Assembly: GCA_012103315.1 (NCBI GenBank)
Contig: WLWZ01000004.1
Location: forward strand, 99,881 to 163,880
Reading direction: 5' to 3'
Origin: Alphaproteobacteria bacterium
GTDB taxonomy: Bacteria > Pseudomonadota > Alphaproteobacteria > MPNO01 > UBA2964
DNA length: 64,000 bases
The notes under the pieces are model-generated. The model was not told where the DNA came from and made no database searches. It saw only the letters and a list, made by a program, of their open reading frames with translations. Positions 1-10,511 of the stretch are shown here, one piece after another. The position numbers were made by a program, and so were the translations under genes. The stretch's first letter is position 1. Each line of letters starts with the position of its first letter.

Positions 1-488
1 CCGTACCCGAAACCTCAACTGGTGCTGACCAACGCCTTTTTCTGGTCGTTGTTGATGCGTCAGAGGAAATGAAGGTGGCGCTACGTTTCGCCTGTCAGCG
101 GGCCACAAATACTGGTGGCCGTGTGGCCTTGTTTTATGTGATGGAGCCAGCAGATTTCCAACATTGGGTGGCGGTTGGCGAGAAGATGCGTGAAGAACGC
201 CGTGAAGAGGCAGAAAGGATTCTGCATGATCTCGCGTCGGACGTGAATGATATTACTGGCTCAATGCCGGTCCTCTATGTACGCGAAGGTAGCCCTGTCG
301 ATGAGCTGGAAAAGCTTATCAATGAAGAGCCAAATATACGCATTCTTGTGCTCGGGGCAGGCACAAGTAAGAAAGGCCCTGGTCCGTTGGTGACATCGCT
401 GGCCGGTAAATTTTCCGGACAGTTTCCGGTCCCGATTACGGTGGTTCCTGGCAATTTGAGCCTGGAGCAGGTTGACGCCCTCACCTAG
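1..488 (+). CDS. Universal stress protein (USP family), 5'-truncated by the window edge
   Basis: The frame is open from position 3 (VPETSTGADQRLFLVVVDASEEM...). N-terminal FLVVVD strand and C-terminal LVLGA...PITVVPG are typical of USP. Confidence 0.85.
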   Translation, partial: VPETSTGADQRLFLVVVDASEEMKVALRFACQRATNTGGRVALFYVMEPADFQHWVAVGEKMREERREEAERILHDLASDVNDITGSMPVLYVREGSPVDELEKLINEEPNIRILVLGAGTSKKGPGPLVTSLAGKFSGQFPVPITVVPGNLSLEQVDALT

Positions 489-653
489 GGCATTGGGTGA
501 CTGAATTAACCATAAAGTTGTTGGTTTTGAAATTTCAGGGCGCCAGCTTTCCCTATATTTACATAATTCCGCATCCGGAATGACCCTCTTCTTTCGGTGC
601 AAATCAATGCCTTGTGAGTTTTCGCGAATCGGTAGCCCAAATGGGGCTTGATC

Positions 654-668
654 TTAACACTTTCTTAA
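654..668. promoter_or_regulatory. CtrA-binding box (TTAA-N7-TTAA)
   Basis: TTAA CACTTTC TTAA, about 130 bp upstream of the CDS at 801. Confidence 0.55.
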
Positions 669-800
669 ACGATTTATTGCCGTGGACAGATCGTTAGATC
701 TGTTAACCAAGCCTTGGGTCGGCACCTCGGTTTAGTTTGGAAAGAATTAAATTTCTGACATCCGGTTGGGGGGAACCGGTATCGCCGGAGGGATGAACAA

Positions 801-1871
801 ATGTCTAAAGCAGCATGGTCAAGTGTTTGGCGCGCTCTGAGTTTTGAACGCGCTGCATTAGTATTTACGGGGCTTAGCGTTATTACTCTCTATGCGCTGG
901 TGTTGTCCCAGCCGACCGCGACACCCCAAAAATCCGCAAAACATAAACCCGGTGTGGAACAGGCTGGGATACGGCCTTTGACAGAGTCGGACTGGCAAAA
1001 GGCAAGCCGCACGACCACTCGATCGGCAGCAAAACCAATCGGTGTTTTGTCGATAGCTCCTACCGAAAAGCTCAAAAAGATATTTGACCAAATTGGCTAT
1101 CGGTTGGATACCGTTCGTTCACAGCGCCAGGTGCCCAGGTTCTTTCTTGCGGCCGTCCCAAAAGACCTCCCTGCCCTGCGTGAGCCAGCGGATCGCAAGA
1201 ATGTCTTTGTGATGATGACGCTGCCTTTGGTCCTCCATGTTAATGAGTTGATCTTGCAAACGCGCGCACAGCTCCAAGCGCTCGACCAAAGACGAGCTTC
1301 AGGCAAATTGATCACAATTGAGGATCAAGAATTCCTCGAGAAGGTCGCGAGTGAATACGGTCTCGAAAATCCGGATATGGGCGAACTCCTGAAGCGCGTC
1401 GATATCATTCCTCCTTCTCTGGCTTTGGCGCAATCGGCCGAAGAAAGTGGTTGGGGGACATCACGGTTTGCCAGGGAAGGAAATGCTTTGTTTGGTCAGC
1501 GGACGTGGCGCAGCACCACGGGCATCGTTCCGAAGAAGCGAGAAGAGGGAAAAAAATTCAAAGTACGCGCGTTTGATCATCTTCTCGACGGGGTGAAAGC
1601 CTATGCCCAAAATCTCAATGGACATCCGTCTTATCGTGAATTCCGGGCCCGTCGGGCCGCCATGAGAAATGCTACAGGCGGGTCAATCGATGGCATGAAA
1701 CTGGCGGCAACACTCTCTAGCTATTCGGAGCGCGGCGCCGATTACATTGCGACTATCCAAACACTCATCCGGATAAATCGCTTCACCGCCTTTGATGATA
1801 CAAAATTGCTTGATACGTTAGGCAAGAAACTCGAAGGCCTGACACGGGAACAGGTCAGTCCAGACGCTTAA
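801..1871 (+). CDS. Bax-like membrane-anchored glucosaminidase-domain (GH73-like) protein
   Basis: N-terminal TM helix; IPPSLALAQSAEESGWGTSRFAREGNALFG, NLNGHPSY and YSERG motifs. Confidence 0.8.
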   Translation: MSKAAWSSVWRALSFERAALVFTGLSVITLYALVLSQPTATPQKSAKHKPGVEQAGIRPLTESDWQKASRTTTRSAAKPIGVLSIAPTEKLKKIFDQIGYRLDTVRSQRQVPRFFLAAVPKDLPALREPADRKNVFVMMTLPLVLHVNELILQTRAQLQALDQRRASGKLITIEDQEFLEKVASEYGLENPDMGELLKRVDIIPPSLALAQSAEESGWGTSRFAREGNALFGQRTWRSTTGIVPKKREEGKKFKVRAFDHLLDGVKAYAQNLNGHPSYREFRARRAAMRNATGGSIDGMKLAATLSSYSERGADYIATIQTLIRINRFTAFDDTKLLDTLGKKLEGLTREQVSPDA

Positions 1872-1876
1872 TCGCG

Positions 1877-2923
1877 TTACGGTTTAGGAACTAAATACTG
1901 CATTCCAAGCCAACGCCAGCGCCCGTTCTTTTCGAGCAATGTACAGTTCATTCGCGTTCGTCCCGGCGGAAATGCTTCAGGCGCACGCACTTCAATGCGG
2001 CGTTCCCCTAATCTTTCGACACTTACTTTTCCCTGCCGCGTTGCATAGCAGGTTATTCGCGAAAGGCGATTTATCGCATCTCCATCAACAGTAAAGCCAA
2101 ACGGTGGCGGATTTTGTTTCCCTTTCAGGTAGGGGTCTGCGGGCGTTAAATCGCTGACCTTGAAGGGTAAGGCTCGAACTGCCAGCCGAAAGCGTTGCAG
2201 GTCGCCAAAAGCCTCATTGAAAGCGAACCTTGGCAAATAAAGAAAATCTGAATTCTTGTAGATGGCTCCAGAATGTTGGCCGAATCCGATGTCAAATCCT
2301 GCAGCGCGCGTAACCTTACCAACAGCGCGACTGAATTCGCCATAAGGATAGGCAATGATCTTGGGGACAAAACCAAGCTCGGTATTGAAACGGGCATTCG
2401 AGGCTTTTAAGTCGGCCAGGTTCTGTTTGTCCGTTGCGTGTGGCATATGCAGATGAGTTGCGGTCTGGCTGCCTATTGTTACCCCGGACTCTTGTAATTC
2501 ACGAAGCTGGTCCCACGACATATAGCCAGCGGTTCCATGATCGAGCGGTTCCGTTGCGACGAAGAGTGTAAAAGGAAAGCCAGCGTTACGGAGCATGGGC
2601 CAGCCGGTTCTATAAACCGACAAAAACGCATCATCGATCGTGATGCCGACTGTTTTATCGGGAAGCTCAGTGCCAGACCGGATTGCCGCTAAAATTTCCG
2701 GTACAGGTTTTACGACATAGTTGCCGTCTTTTAATTCTTGTAGGTGGGTCTTGAATTGCGCGACGGTCGTGTTTGTTGATGGATACCGGCTTTCGCCGAA
2801 ACGGTGATACATGACGATCACCGCGGAATCGGCAGCAAAGACACCCGCCGGCGCGAGCGCTGCAAAAAAGGCGAATAAAATCCAAATTAAATAACGCTTA
2901 CCGCGAACAGCGGAAGTAAACAT
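1877..2923 (-). CDS. Exported polysaccharide deacetylase (CE4/NodB-like)
   Basis: Signal peptide; MYHRF, ITIDD, IGSQTATH and AYPYG motifs. Start could be 2923 or 2959. Confidence 0.85.
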   Translation of the reverse strand: MFTSAVRGKRYLIWILFAFFAALAPAGVFAADSAVIVMYHRFGESRYPSTNTTVAQFKTHLQELKDGNYVVKPVPEILAAIRSGTELPDKTVGITIDDAFLSVYRTGWPMLRNAGFPFTLFVATEPLDHGTAGYMSWDQLRELQESGVTIGSQTATHLHMPHATDKQNLADLKASNARFNTELGFVPKIIAYPYGEFSRAVGKVTRAAGFDIGFGQHSGAIYKNSDFLYLPRFAFNEAFGDLQRFRLAVRALPFKVSDLTPADPYLKGKQNPPPFGFTVDGDAINRLSRITCYATRQGKVSVERLGERRIEVRAPEAFPPGRTRMNCTLLEKNGRWRWLGMQYLVPKP

Positions 2924-3011
2924 CGTAGCCAACCAACCCGAATCGTAATTACGACACACTTATGACAGGTTTTTATGCAGGATTCGATAGTCTTGTGCCA
3001 CGCCGCGTCGT

Positions 3012-3572
3012 TTAAGCTGGTGGCATCATCTGTTTTGGAATTTCGGTATCGCTGACCAATGGATAACGTCGCGAATCGAAAAGCTGGTAATGCCACCACT
3101 CATTGCGATAAAAATCCCATCCCGCCTGGGTCATTATCCCGAGAAGGATCAGTCGATTTTGTTGCGCAATTTTCGAGATGTTTTTGTTTCCGTGATGCGA
3201 TTTTGGCGTAAATGCGTCAAAGCCAGTTCCCATATCGAGAATCTCACCGTCGGATGTCAACAGCGTAAGATCGATGGCAACGCCTCTCGAGTGCGGCGAG
3301 CCGCGCCTGGGGTCTGCGAGAAAATCTGGATCGGGTGTATGATTCCACAAAACCCATTGGGCTTCCGAGGGCCGGAACGCGTCGTAAATTCGTATCCGAT
3401 AACCGAGATGGGCTGCGGTCTCTATGGCACGCTTCAGCGCTTTGGCGGCTTCCATGTGCAAATAGCAAATTGCGTTCTGATAAATGGGCGCGTCTGTAAA
3501 ATTTTCAGACGTCGCATAGGCCAGCGTTATATCGACATTAAAATCAGGCGCTGCAATTTCAATCAGGTCCAT
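3012..3572 (-). CDS. ddpX: D-alanyl-D-alanine dipeptidase (VanX/DdpX, M15D)
   Basis: YDAFRP, SPHSRGVAIDLTL, DMGTGFD and EWWHY motifs. Confidence 0.92.
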   Translation of the reverse strand: MDLIEIAAPDFNVDITLAYATSENFTDAPIYQNAICYLHMEAAKALKRAIETAAHLGYRIRIYDAFRPSEAQWVLWNHTPDPDFLADPRRGSPHSRGVAIDLTLLTSDGEILDMGTGFDAFTPKSHHGNKNISKIAQQNRLILLGIMTQAGWDFYRNEWWHYQLFDSRRYPLVSDTEIPKQMMPPA

Positions 3573-3637
3573 TGGCGAAACCTCTTTTTGAGAAACGATG
3601 TTCGTCTATTCTTCTGGCAAACGGCGCGAATCGGAAG

Positions 3638-4321
3638 ATGAAGGTACTTGGATTAGATTCGGCCCTTGGGGCCTGTTCAGCGGCGGTTTGGGATCAAACC
3701 GTGATTGACTGCCAACATAGGATCATGCCGCGCGGTCATGTTGAAGAGCTAATCCCGATGACGCAGGAGACCGTAGCGGCGTCGGGTTTAGGTTTTGATC
3801 AGCTAGATCTAATAGCGGTTTCGATTGGGCCGGGCTCATTTACCGGATTGCGTGCCGGGCTGGCGGCGGCCCGAGGGTTTGGGCTCGCTCTTAATATACC
3901 CGTCCATGGTGTGACTACACTAGAGGCCGTCGCTTTTGCGGCGAGCCGTCAGGTGCCTATGGGCCCCAGCAACCCGATAATTGTAGCGCTCGAAACAAAA
4001 CGTGCGGATATTTATGTTCAGAAGTTTGATGGCCGCGGCGTCGCTCAAGGGGTACCTGCGGCTCAACTGCCATTGGCGGCGGCGGGCCTGTTGACTGATA
4101 AAATGAACCTTTGTGGCGATGCGGCCAACAGAGTTCTAGCAGAGGCCTCGGAAGTGATGCAGGGGAATATCAATCACCTCGCCGACATTGAACGGCCTGA
4201 AGCTGGAGATATCGCGGCGATTGCGGCTAGCCGCGTGACGATCCCGGTCCTGGCGGAACCGCTATATATTCATCCGCCTGTCGCAAAGATCCCTGCCGCT
4301 GCTGGCAGGTTACGACCATGA
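3638..4321 (+). CDS. tsaB: tRNA threonylcarbamoyladenosine biosynthesis protein TsaB
   Basis: MKVLGLDS N-terminus (ATG 3638); IAVSIGPGSFTGLR motif. Confidence 0.93.
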   Translation: MKVLGLDSALGACSAAVWDQTVIDCQHRIMPRGHVEELIPMTQETVAASGLGFDQLDLIAVSIGPGSFTGLRAGLAAARGFGLALNIPVHGVTTLEAVAFAASRQVPMGPSNPIIVALETKRADIYVQKFDGRGVAQGVPAAQLPLAAAGLLTDKMNLCGDAANRVLAEASEVMQGNINHLADIERPEAGDIAAIAASRVTIPVLAEPLYIHPPVAKIPAAAGRLRP

Positions 4322-4791
4322 GCTCCCGCAGCAACGTAGAAGCGCTTAGAACCGCGGATATAGAAATCGTCGCTAAGATTCACGCGACGTGTTTTTTTGA
4401 TGCTTGGGGCCCCTCTATGATCCGCCAAGTGTTGGATATGCCGGGAACCTATGGTCTCGTTGCGCGTCGGCAGAATTATAGTTCAATTGTCGGGTTTGCG
4501 TTGGCGCGGGTTGCAGCAGATGAATGTGAATTACTGTCTCTCGGTGTTGCCTCGGAATATCGCGCCAACGGAACCGGCGCTCAGCTTCTCGCGACGGCGA
4601 TGGCGCGCGCTATAGCGGAACGAGCGCGGTGGTTTTTTCTCGAGGTAGCGGAGGACAACAAGGCCGCCCTTCGTTTGTATGAAGCGCATGGCATGGAAAA
4701 GGTCGGTTATCGCCTTAACTATTACGAAAACGCAGATGGCAGCAAAACCAATGCCCTTACGATGCGCTGCGCCCTGCCCGACGAAGGATAA
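4318..4791 (+). CDS. rimI: RimI-like GNAT N-acetyltransferase
   Basis: FLEVAEDNKAALRLY...YY motif; ATGA overlap with tsaB. Confidence 0.8.
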   Translation: MSSRSNVEALRTADIEIVAKIHATCFFDAWGPSMIRQVLDMPGTYGLVARRQNYSSIVGFALARVAADECELLSLGVASEYRANGTGAQLLATAMARAIAERARWFFLEVAEDNKAALRLYEAHGMEKVGYRLNYYENADGSKTNALTMRCALPDEG

Positions 4792-4831
4792 CGGACATCT
4801 AGCTCAAATATCGTTCCAGCGATGCTCGCCG

Positions 4832-5089
4832 TCAGTATTTCCTGATTTTAAGGCGGTGAACAATGTCCGAATTTGATTCGTCGCCATTTTCCTCGGGCTC
4901 AAGGGACAGAACTTTATGCCCAAGCTCAGCTACTGATGCTGGAACATTTTCGAGTGGTTCTTCGCCGACCAGCCGAATTTCTGCTGTTTCACCGGCGGTC
5001 ATTTTCTCTATGAGTAATCGCGTTTTGACGAAGGTCATCGGACAGACTTCGGCGGTAATATCAAGAAAATGTTCGGTGCTTACGGTCAT
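4832..5089 (-). CDS. TusA/SirA-family sulfur carrier
   Basis: LDITAEVCPMTFVKT (CPxP-like) motif, about 85 aa. Confidence 0.85.
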   Translation of the reverse strand: MTVSTEHFLDITAEVCPMTFVKTRLLIEKMTAGETAEIRLVGEEPLENVPASVAELGHKVLSLEPEENGDESNSDIVHRLKIRKY

Positions 5090-5233
5090 TTGGCGTTTTA
5101 TACGTTCTGAGCATACGCGAATGGCATGGTGGCGTAACATAAGGTTGCGTCTTCACATGGCCAATGGTTTTGTTTGAAAAATAAATTTTGAGTTCACGGT
5201 CCCTTTTTGGGGCGTATTCGCTATAGTGACGCA

Positions 5234-5716
5234 ATGGCAAATGAAAATTCTGTGTCTGATATGAATGCTGCCCCATCGAGCATTGAAAGTGCCTGTATCG
5301 AAAAGGGTATGAAGATGACTGATCAGCGCCGTGTGATTGCGCGCGTGCTGTCGGATTCGACGGACCATCCTGATGTTGAAGACGTTTATCGACGGGCGTC
5401 GGAGATAGATCCAAAAATTAGTATCGCGACTGTGTATCGGACGCTTAGATTGTTTGATATCGCCAATATTATTGACCGGCATGACTTTGGTGATGGTCGT
5501 GCACGATATGAGGTTGCCGCAGAAGGTTCGCATCACCATCATCTAATTGACATGAAAACTGGTCACGTTCTGGAATTCGAGAATGAGGAACTTGAGAGCA
5601 TCAAAAGGCGTATTGCACGTGAATTGGGCTACCAGCTTGTCGGTGAACGACTTGAACTCTACGGCGTTCCTTTCGGAACAGATGATGAGTCGTCTGAGTC
5701 TGAGAGCGAGAGCTAA
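5234..5716 (+). CDS. fur: Fur-family metalloregulator (Fur/Mur)
   Basis: MTDQRRVIARVL, DHPDVE, ISIATVYRT and HHHHLID motifs. Confidence 0.88.
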   Translation: MANENSVSDMNAAPSSIESACIEKGMKMTDQRRVIARVLSDSTDHPDVEDVYRRASEIDPKISIATVYRTLRLFDIANIIDRHDFGDGRARYEVAAEGSHHHHLIDMKTGHVLEFENEELESIKRRIARELGYQLVGERLELYGVPFGTDDESSESESES

Positions 5717-5821
5717 ACCGCTAAACGGAAAATCGAGTTCACGTAGTACGTTTTTATATCCGCGCTTGTTGCGCTGCGCTTCTATGCGTTCTGAGATCGA
5801 ATTCTCAAATAGGGTGCGATC

Positions 5822-6640
5822 ATGGACACATTGACCGCAGATTTCGACACGATTGCTCCGATAAACGCCGGAAACCTGACTGTCCGATTGGCAGAATCTC
5901 AACAGGAAATCGCTGCCGCCCAAGCGCTACGCTACCGGGTCTTCTATGAGGAAATGGATGCCGTTCCAACACCGGCGATGAGAATCCTCCGATCCGATTT
6001 TGATAATTTTGATGAGGTTTGCGATCACCTGCTTGTAATCTGTGAAGATCGGGCGGACCTCCCCTGTGGTGTTGTCGGGACCTATCGAATTTTACGCCGT
6101 AGCGTTGCGATGCGGGGCGAAGGCTTCTATTCCGCGGATGAGTTTAATTTGAGGCCGTTGCTGGAGAACGATGGCGAAATCATGGAGCTCGGTCGGTCCT
6201 GCGTTGATGTTGATCACCGCACTCGGCCAACAATGCGGCTGCTCTGGCAAGCCATTGCCGCTTACGTTCACCATTATCAGATTGAAGTGCTCTTTGGGTG
6301 TGCCTGCCTGCCAGGAACGGACCCGACCGAGTTGCGACTGCCTCTTTCTTATCTTTATCATCACCACCTTGCGCCAAAAGAGATCCGCCCGAGGGCTCTT
6401 GAGAAACGCTATGTCGATTTAAACAGCTTTCCGAAAGAAGACATTGATTTTCGGACGGCCTGGAAAACGTTACCGCCTTTGATCAAAGGCTATCTTCGGC
6501 TTGGCGGATTTGTTGGGGATGGAGCGGTCGTTGATCCTCAGTTTAATACAACCGATGCTTCGATCGTCGTTAAAACTAAACTCATAACTGAGAAATATTT
6601 CCGACATTATGAGCGTTCTGCAAAGTGGTCATCCGATTGA
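5822..6640 (+). CDS. olsB: Ornithine-acyl[ACP] N-acyltransferase (GNAT)
   Basis: AQALRYRVFYEE, D.FD.VCDHLLV, ELGRSCV and LPPLIKGYLRLG motifs. Confidence 0.85.
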   Translation: MDTLTADFDTIAPINAGNLTVRLAESQQEIAAAQALRYRVFYEEMDAVPTPAMRILRSDFDNFDEVCDHLLVICEDRADLPCGVVGTYRILRRSVAMRGEGFYSADEFNLRPLLENDGEIMELGRSCVDVDHRTRPTMRLLWQAIAAYVHHYQIEVLFGCACLPGTDPTELRLPLSYLYHHHLAPKEIRPRALEKRYVDLNSFPKEDIDFRTAWKTLPPLIKGYLRLGGFVGDGAVVDPQFNTTDASIVVKTKLITEKYFRHYERSAKWSSD

Positions 6641-7478
6641 TAACAGGTTGAGTTCGCCAATCCGGGCGACAATCCGGCTGGCCGCCTATCTGACATTGAC
6701 ATCATTGCTCTTGCCATTTCAGGCGCTGGCTGTGCTTACGCGAACGCGCGCATCAAAAGTCACGCCATTACTTTATCACCGGCTTTGTGCGCAAATTTTT
6801 GGTTTTCGCATTCGGGTGCATGGCCGCCCTTCGGCGGTAGACCCAACTTTGTTTGTGTCCAATCACGTAAGTTACATGGATATTACGGTTCTTGGGTCTC
6901 TGCTCGACGCGTCGTTTATCGCTAAAGCAGAAGTGTCTAAATGGCCGCTTTTCGGACAGTTGGCGAAACTGAACCGGACAGTATTTGTTCAACGGCGCAG
7001 CCCGCGTGCTGCTGAACAGCGGGATGAAATTTCCGGACGATTGACGAACGGCGATAGCCTGATCCTGTTTCCTGAAGGAACCAGTGCCGATGGGTTACAT
7101 GTATTACCCTTTAAAAGCGCACTGTTTTCGGTTGCTGAACATCGTGGAAAATCAAACCCGCTTACTATTCAACCGGTCTCAATTTCCTATACCCATCTTG
7201 ATGGAATTCCGCTTGGCCGGTGTCTATTGCCGCATTTTGCTTGGTATGGCGAAATGACCATGGTGCCCCACCTCTTTACGCTCGTTGGGTTGGGTCGTGT
7301 TACTATCAATGTAACCTTTCACGAGTCGGCGTTGAGCCACGAGTTTCACTCCCGTAAAGAGATGGCTAAATATTGTCATCGCATGGTTTCCGCGGGAACT
7401 AGCCGTTCGAGGCAAGGCCATCGGAAGAGGGCTGGCCACGAAGATGGTCTGAGTCAGAGCCGCCCGGCCTTTTCTTGA
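6609..7478 (+). CDS. olsA: Lyso-ornithine lipid / 1-acylglycerol-3-phosphate acyltransferase
   Basis: NHVSYMD (HX4D) and FPEGT motifs; overlaps olsB. Confidence 0.75.
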   Translation: MSVLQSGHPIDNRLSSPIRATIRLAAYLTLTSLLLPFQALAVLTRTRASKVTPLLYHRLCAQIFGFRIRVHGRPSAVDPTLFVSNHVSYMDITVLGSLLDASFIAKAEVSKWPLFGQLAKLNRTVFVQRRSPRAAEQRDEISGRLTNGDSLILFPEGTSADGLHVLPFKSALFSVAEHRGKSNPLTIQPVSISYTHLDGIPLGRCLLPHFAWYGEMTMVPHLFTLVGLGRVTINVTFHESALSHEFHSRKEMAKYCHRMVSAGTSRSRQGHRKRAGHEDGLSQSRPAFS

Positions 7479-7581
7479 CTAATGGCTGGACGATGCTAGT
7501 GTCCGCTTAACGCCGCGACGGTATGTCTCCCGCTTGTTGAGATTGTGTATTTGGGTGCGGCGCGCATTTTCGGATTGCTCC

Positions 7582-8952
7582 TTGGCGAAAAAGGTTTTTA
7601 TCAAAAGCTACGGCTGTCAGATGAACGTCTACGACTCTGCCCGTATGGCAGATGTCATGGCGCCGGTAGGCTATGTCGCCACCGATGTGGCTGATGATGC
7701 AGACCTGGTTATTCTGAACACTTGTCATATTCGCGAGAAAGCGGCGGAAAAAGTGTATTCCGAATTGGGACGGTTACGGCCCAAAAAGGAAGACGGGACC
7801 ATGATTGCCGTCGCCGGTTGTGTTGCACAAGCTGAAGGTGACGAAATTTTGCGGCGTGCGCCGTATGTTGATTTGGTCGTCGGGCCTCAGAGCTATCACC
7901 GTTTGCCAAAACTGGTTGCTGACGCTACGGCGGAAAATAAGTCGTCAGGCCGGTCTCGCGTTGTTGATACCGATTTTCCTGCGGAATCGAAATTTGATTT
8001 TATGCCGGCGGTTCAGAGCTCTGGCCCTTCGGCCTTTCTGACCATTCAAGAAGGGTGTGATAAGTTCTGCGCCTTTTGTGTGGTCCCCTATACGCGCGGG
8101 GGGGAGTTCTCGCGTCCGGTTGAGGCCGTTCTGACCGAAGCTGATCAATTGGTTGGTAATGGTGCAACGGAAATCACGTTGCTTGGGCAAAACGTAAATG
8201 CGTATCACGGCGATGATCAAGGACTCGCTGGGCTGATCCGAAAACTTGCTAATATTGAAGGGCTTGAACGTATCCGCTACACGACGTCTCACCCGCGCGA
8301 TATGAATCTAGACTTGATCGCGGTACATGGAGAAATCCCGGAGCTCATGCCCTATCTGCATTTGCCTATTCAATCGGGTTCGGATGCCATCCTCGCGCGC
8401 ATGAACCGCAAGCATGGCGCCGATGATTACCTAAAGATCATCGATGCGCTCCGTGTGGCCCGCCCCGACATCGCGCTGTCCTCTGATTTTATCGTTGGTC
8501 ATCCCGGAGAGTCAGATGCGGATTTTGAAGCAACGATGGCATTGATCAAGAAGGTGGAATACGCCCAAGCCTATTCTTTCAAATACAGCAAGCGACCTGG
8601 GACGCCGGCTTCGGATATGGATGACCAGATTCCAGAAGACGTGAAATCAGAGCGCCTTGCTGCATTGCAGAATTTACTGAACCAGCAACAAATTACGTTT
8701 AATGAGCAGACTGTTGGCTCTTCGATACCGGTCCTTTTTGAAAGACGTGGCAAACTCCCCAATCAGATTGTTGGCCGCAGTCCTTATATGCAGGCGGTGC
8801 ATGTTTCTTGTGTGGATGCTGCGGCAGCGGATCGATATTTGGGAAAAATTATGCCTGTTCGAATTACGGGCGCCTTTGCAAACTCCCTTGCTGGAAATCT
8901 CGACGATGAGGTGGTCGCAGAGACGACAAAAATGGAGCCCGCACGCGCTTGA
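7582..8952 (+). CDS. miaB: tRNA-2-methylthio-N6-dimethylallyladenosine synthase
   Basis: [10 protein letters not shown]; radical-SAM CDKFCAFC; TRAM domain; probable TTG start at 7582. Confidence 0.95.
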   Translation: MAKKVFIKSYGCQMNVYDSARMADVMAPVGYVATDVADDADLVILNTCHIREKAAEKVYSELGRLRPKKEDGTMIAVAGCVAQAEGDEILRRAPYVDLVVGPQSYHRLPKLVADATAENKSSGRSRVVDTDFPAESKFDFMPAVQSSGPSAFLTIQEGCDKFCAFCVVPYTRGGEFSRPVEAVLTEADQLVGNGATEITLLGQNVNAYHGDDQGLAGLIRKLANIEGLERIRYTTSHPRDMNLDLIAVHGEIPELMPYLHLPIQSGSDAILARMNRKHGADDYLKIIDALRVARPDIALSSDFIVGHPGESDADFEATMALIKKVEYAQAYSFKYSKRPGTPASDMDDQIPEDVKSERLAALQNLLNQQQITFNEQTVGSSIPVLFERRGKLPNQIVGRSPYMQAVHVSCVDAAAADRYLGKIMPVRITGAFANSLAGNLDDEVVAETTKMEPARA

Positions 8953-9986
8953 GTTCTGATATCACATTAGGGGATCGTCACAATTCTTCGGAGATTGATT
9001 CCGAGAATTCAACAGTCCTGCGTTTTTCGGACAATCGGCTATTGCCGTTATTGTTTGGCGAACATGACCGACACTTAGCAAGAATTGAAGAAAGTTTTGG
9101 GATTCGCGTTTCATCGCGCGGAAACAGGGTTTCCTTGGTGGGCTCAGAGTCAGGTGTATCTTTAGCGGCCAAAACGTTAAATGCCCTTTATCGTAGGTTG
9201 GAAAAGAATTTGCCTGTAAACCCGGCAGAGGTGGATGCTGCTATTCGATTGTCGAGCGACGTTAGGGTCAACGGTGGTAGGAATACAAATATGGGATCAG
9301 ATATTTCTATTCAGACCGCAAAGGGGTCGCTCACGGCGCGGTCGCCTGGACAGCTCGATTATATGCAGGCGCTTGCACGAGAACAGATGGTCTTTGGTAT
9401 CGGCCCTGCGGGGACGGGTAAAACATATCTTGCCGTTGCGACAGCAGCGTCAATGCTGATTTCAGGCGAAGTCGATCGCATTATTCTATCGCGTCCCGCT
9501 GTAGAGGCCGGAGAACGGCTTGGATTTTTACCGGGTGATTTGAGGGAAAAAATCGACCCCTATTTGGCGCCGCTCTATGACGCTCTTCATGACATGCTCC
9601 CTGCTGATCAAGTACTCAACCGGTTGAACTCAGGAGAGATTGAAGTGGCGCCGTTAGCCTTTATGCGCGGTCGGACGTTGTCGCATGCCTATGTCATTTT
9701 GGATGAGGCCCAGAACGCCACAAAAACACAGATGAAAATGTTTCTAACCCGGATTGGCGAAGGCTCCAGGATGGCAATTACCGGCGATCCCAGTCAGGTC
9801 GATTTGCCGTCGGGAACAACGTCAGGCCTGACTCATGCGGTCGATACGCTGGACCATATCAAAGGTGTTAGTGTTGTACGTTTCACGAGCGCCGATGTTG
9901 TTCGACACCGATTGGTGACACAAATTGTACAAGCTTACGACAAAGACGACGAAGCGCGCTTGTCACGAAAGAGCGCCGAGAAATAA
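8949..9986 (+). CDS. phoH: PhoH-family ATPase (YbeZ)
   Basis: [22 protein letters not shown] and MRGRTL motifs. Confidence 0.93.
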   Translation: MSSDITLGDRHNSSEIDSENSTVLRFSDNRLLPLLFGEHDRHLARIEESFGIRVSSRGNRVSLVGSESGVSLAAKTLNALYRRLEKNLPVNPAEVDAAIRLSSDVRVNGGRNTNMGSDISIQTAKGSLTARSPGQLDYMQALAREQMVFGIGPAGTGKTYLAVATAASMLISGEVDRIILSRPAVEAGERLGFLPGDLREKIDPYLAPLYDALHDMLPADQVLNRLNSGEIEVAPLAFMRGRTLSHAYVILDEAQNATKTQMKMFLTRIGEGSRMAITGDPSQVDLPSGTTSGLTHAVDTLDHIKGVSVVRFTSADVVRHRLVTQIVQAYDKDDEARLSRKSAEK

Positions 9987-9990
9987 TGAA

Positions 9991-10500
9991 ATGAGTTTGC
10001 CATTGGCTAATCTACTATCCGTTGTTGTTGATCTGCAATGTTCGGCGTGGAACGAGCTGGTGCCTGATGCACAAGAACGGTGTCATTCGGCGGCGATGGC
10101 CGCTTTCGACACGGTTGGTGCCCTATCAGTAGGGGCAGAGGTTAGTGTCGTGCTCGCCAATGACGCGTTTATTCGTTCGCTGAATAAATCTTGGCGGCAG
10201 CAGGATAAACCGACCAACGTTCTCGCCTTCCCTTGCGAAGAACTCGGTCATTCGAGCGACGCTATGAGACTTCTCGGTGACATTGTTATTGCATCTGGTG
10301 TTGTGGAGCGTGAGGCTCTAGACGAGGATAAAGACGTTGGTCACCATCTGGCACACATGGTTGTCCATGGAACACTGCATTTGCTGGGGTATGATCATAT
10401 AGCTGATGATGAAGCAACCCGGATGGAGGCGTTTGAGACAAAGGCGCTTGCTGTGTTGGGCATTGATGACCCGTACGCAACACATCCTGCAAAGGGCTAA
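9991..10500 (+). CDS. ybeY: Endoribonuclease YbeY
   Basis: DKPTNVLAFP and HGTLHLLGYDH motifs. Confidence 0.93.
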   Translation: MSLPLANLLSVVVDLQCSAWNELVPDAQERCHSAAMAAFDTVGALSVGAEVSVVLANDAFIRSLNKSWRQQDKPTNVLAFPCEELGHSSDAMRLLGDIVIASGVVEREALDEDKDVGHHLAHMVVHGTLHLLGYDHIADDEATRMEAFETKALAVLGIDDPYATHPAKG

Positions 10501-10511
10501 CTAATTAATCC

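Noticed and set aside
3012-3572. VanX-type glycopeptide resistance gene
   Set aside because: No vanH/vanA/vanRS nearby. It fits the housekeeping DdpX dipeptidase of Gram-negative bacteria.
5688-5713. GAGTCT/GAGAGC micro-repeats at the end of fur
   Set aside because: They encode a short acidic ESESES tail, imperfect and too short for phase variation.
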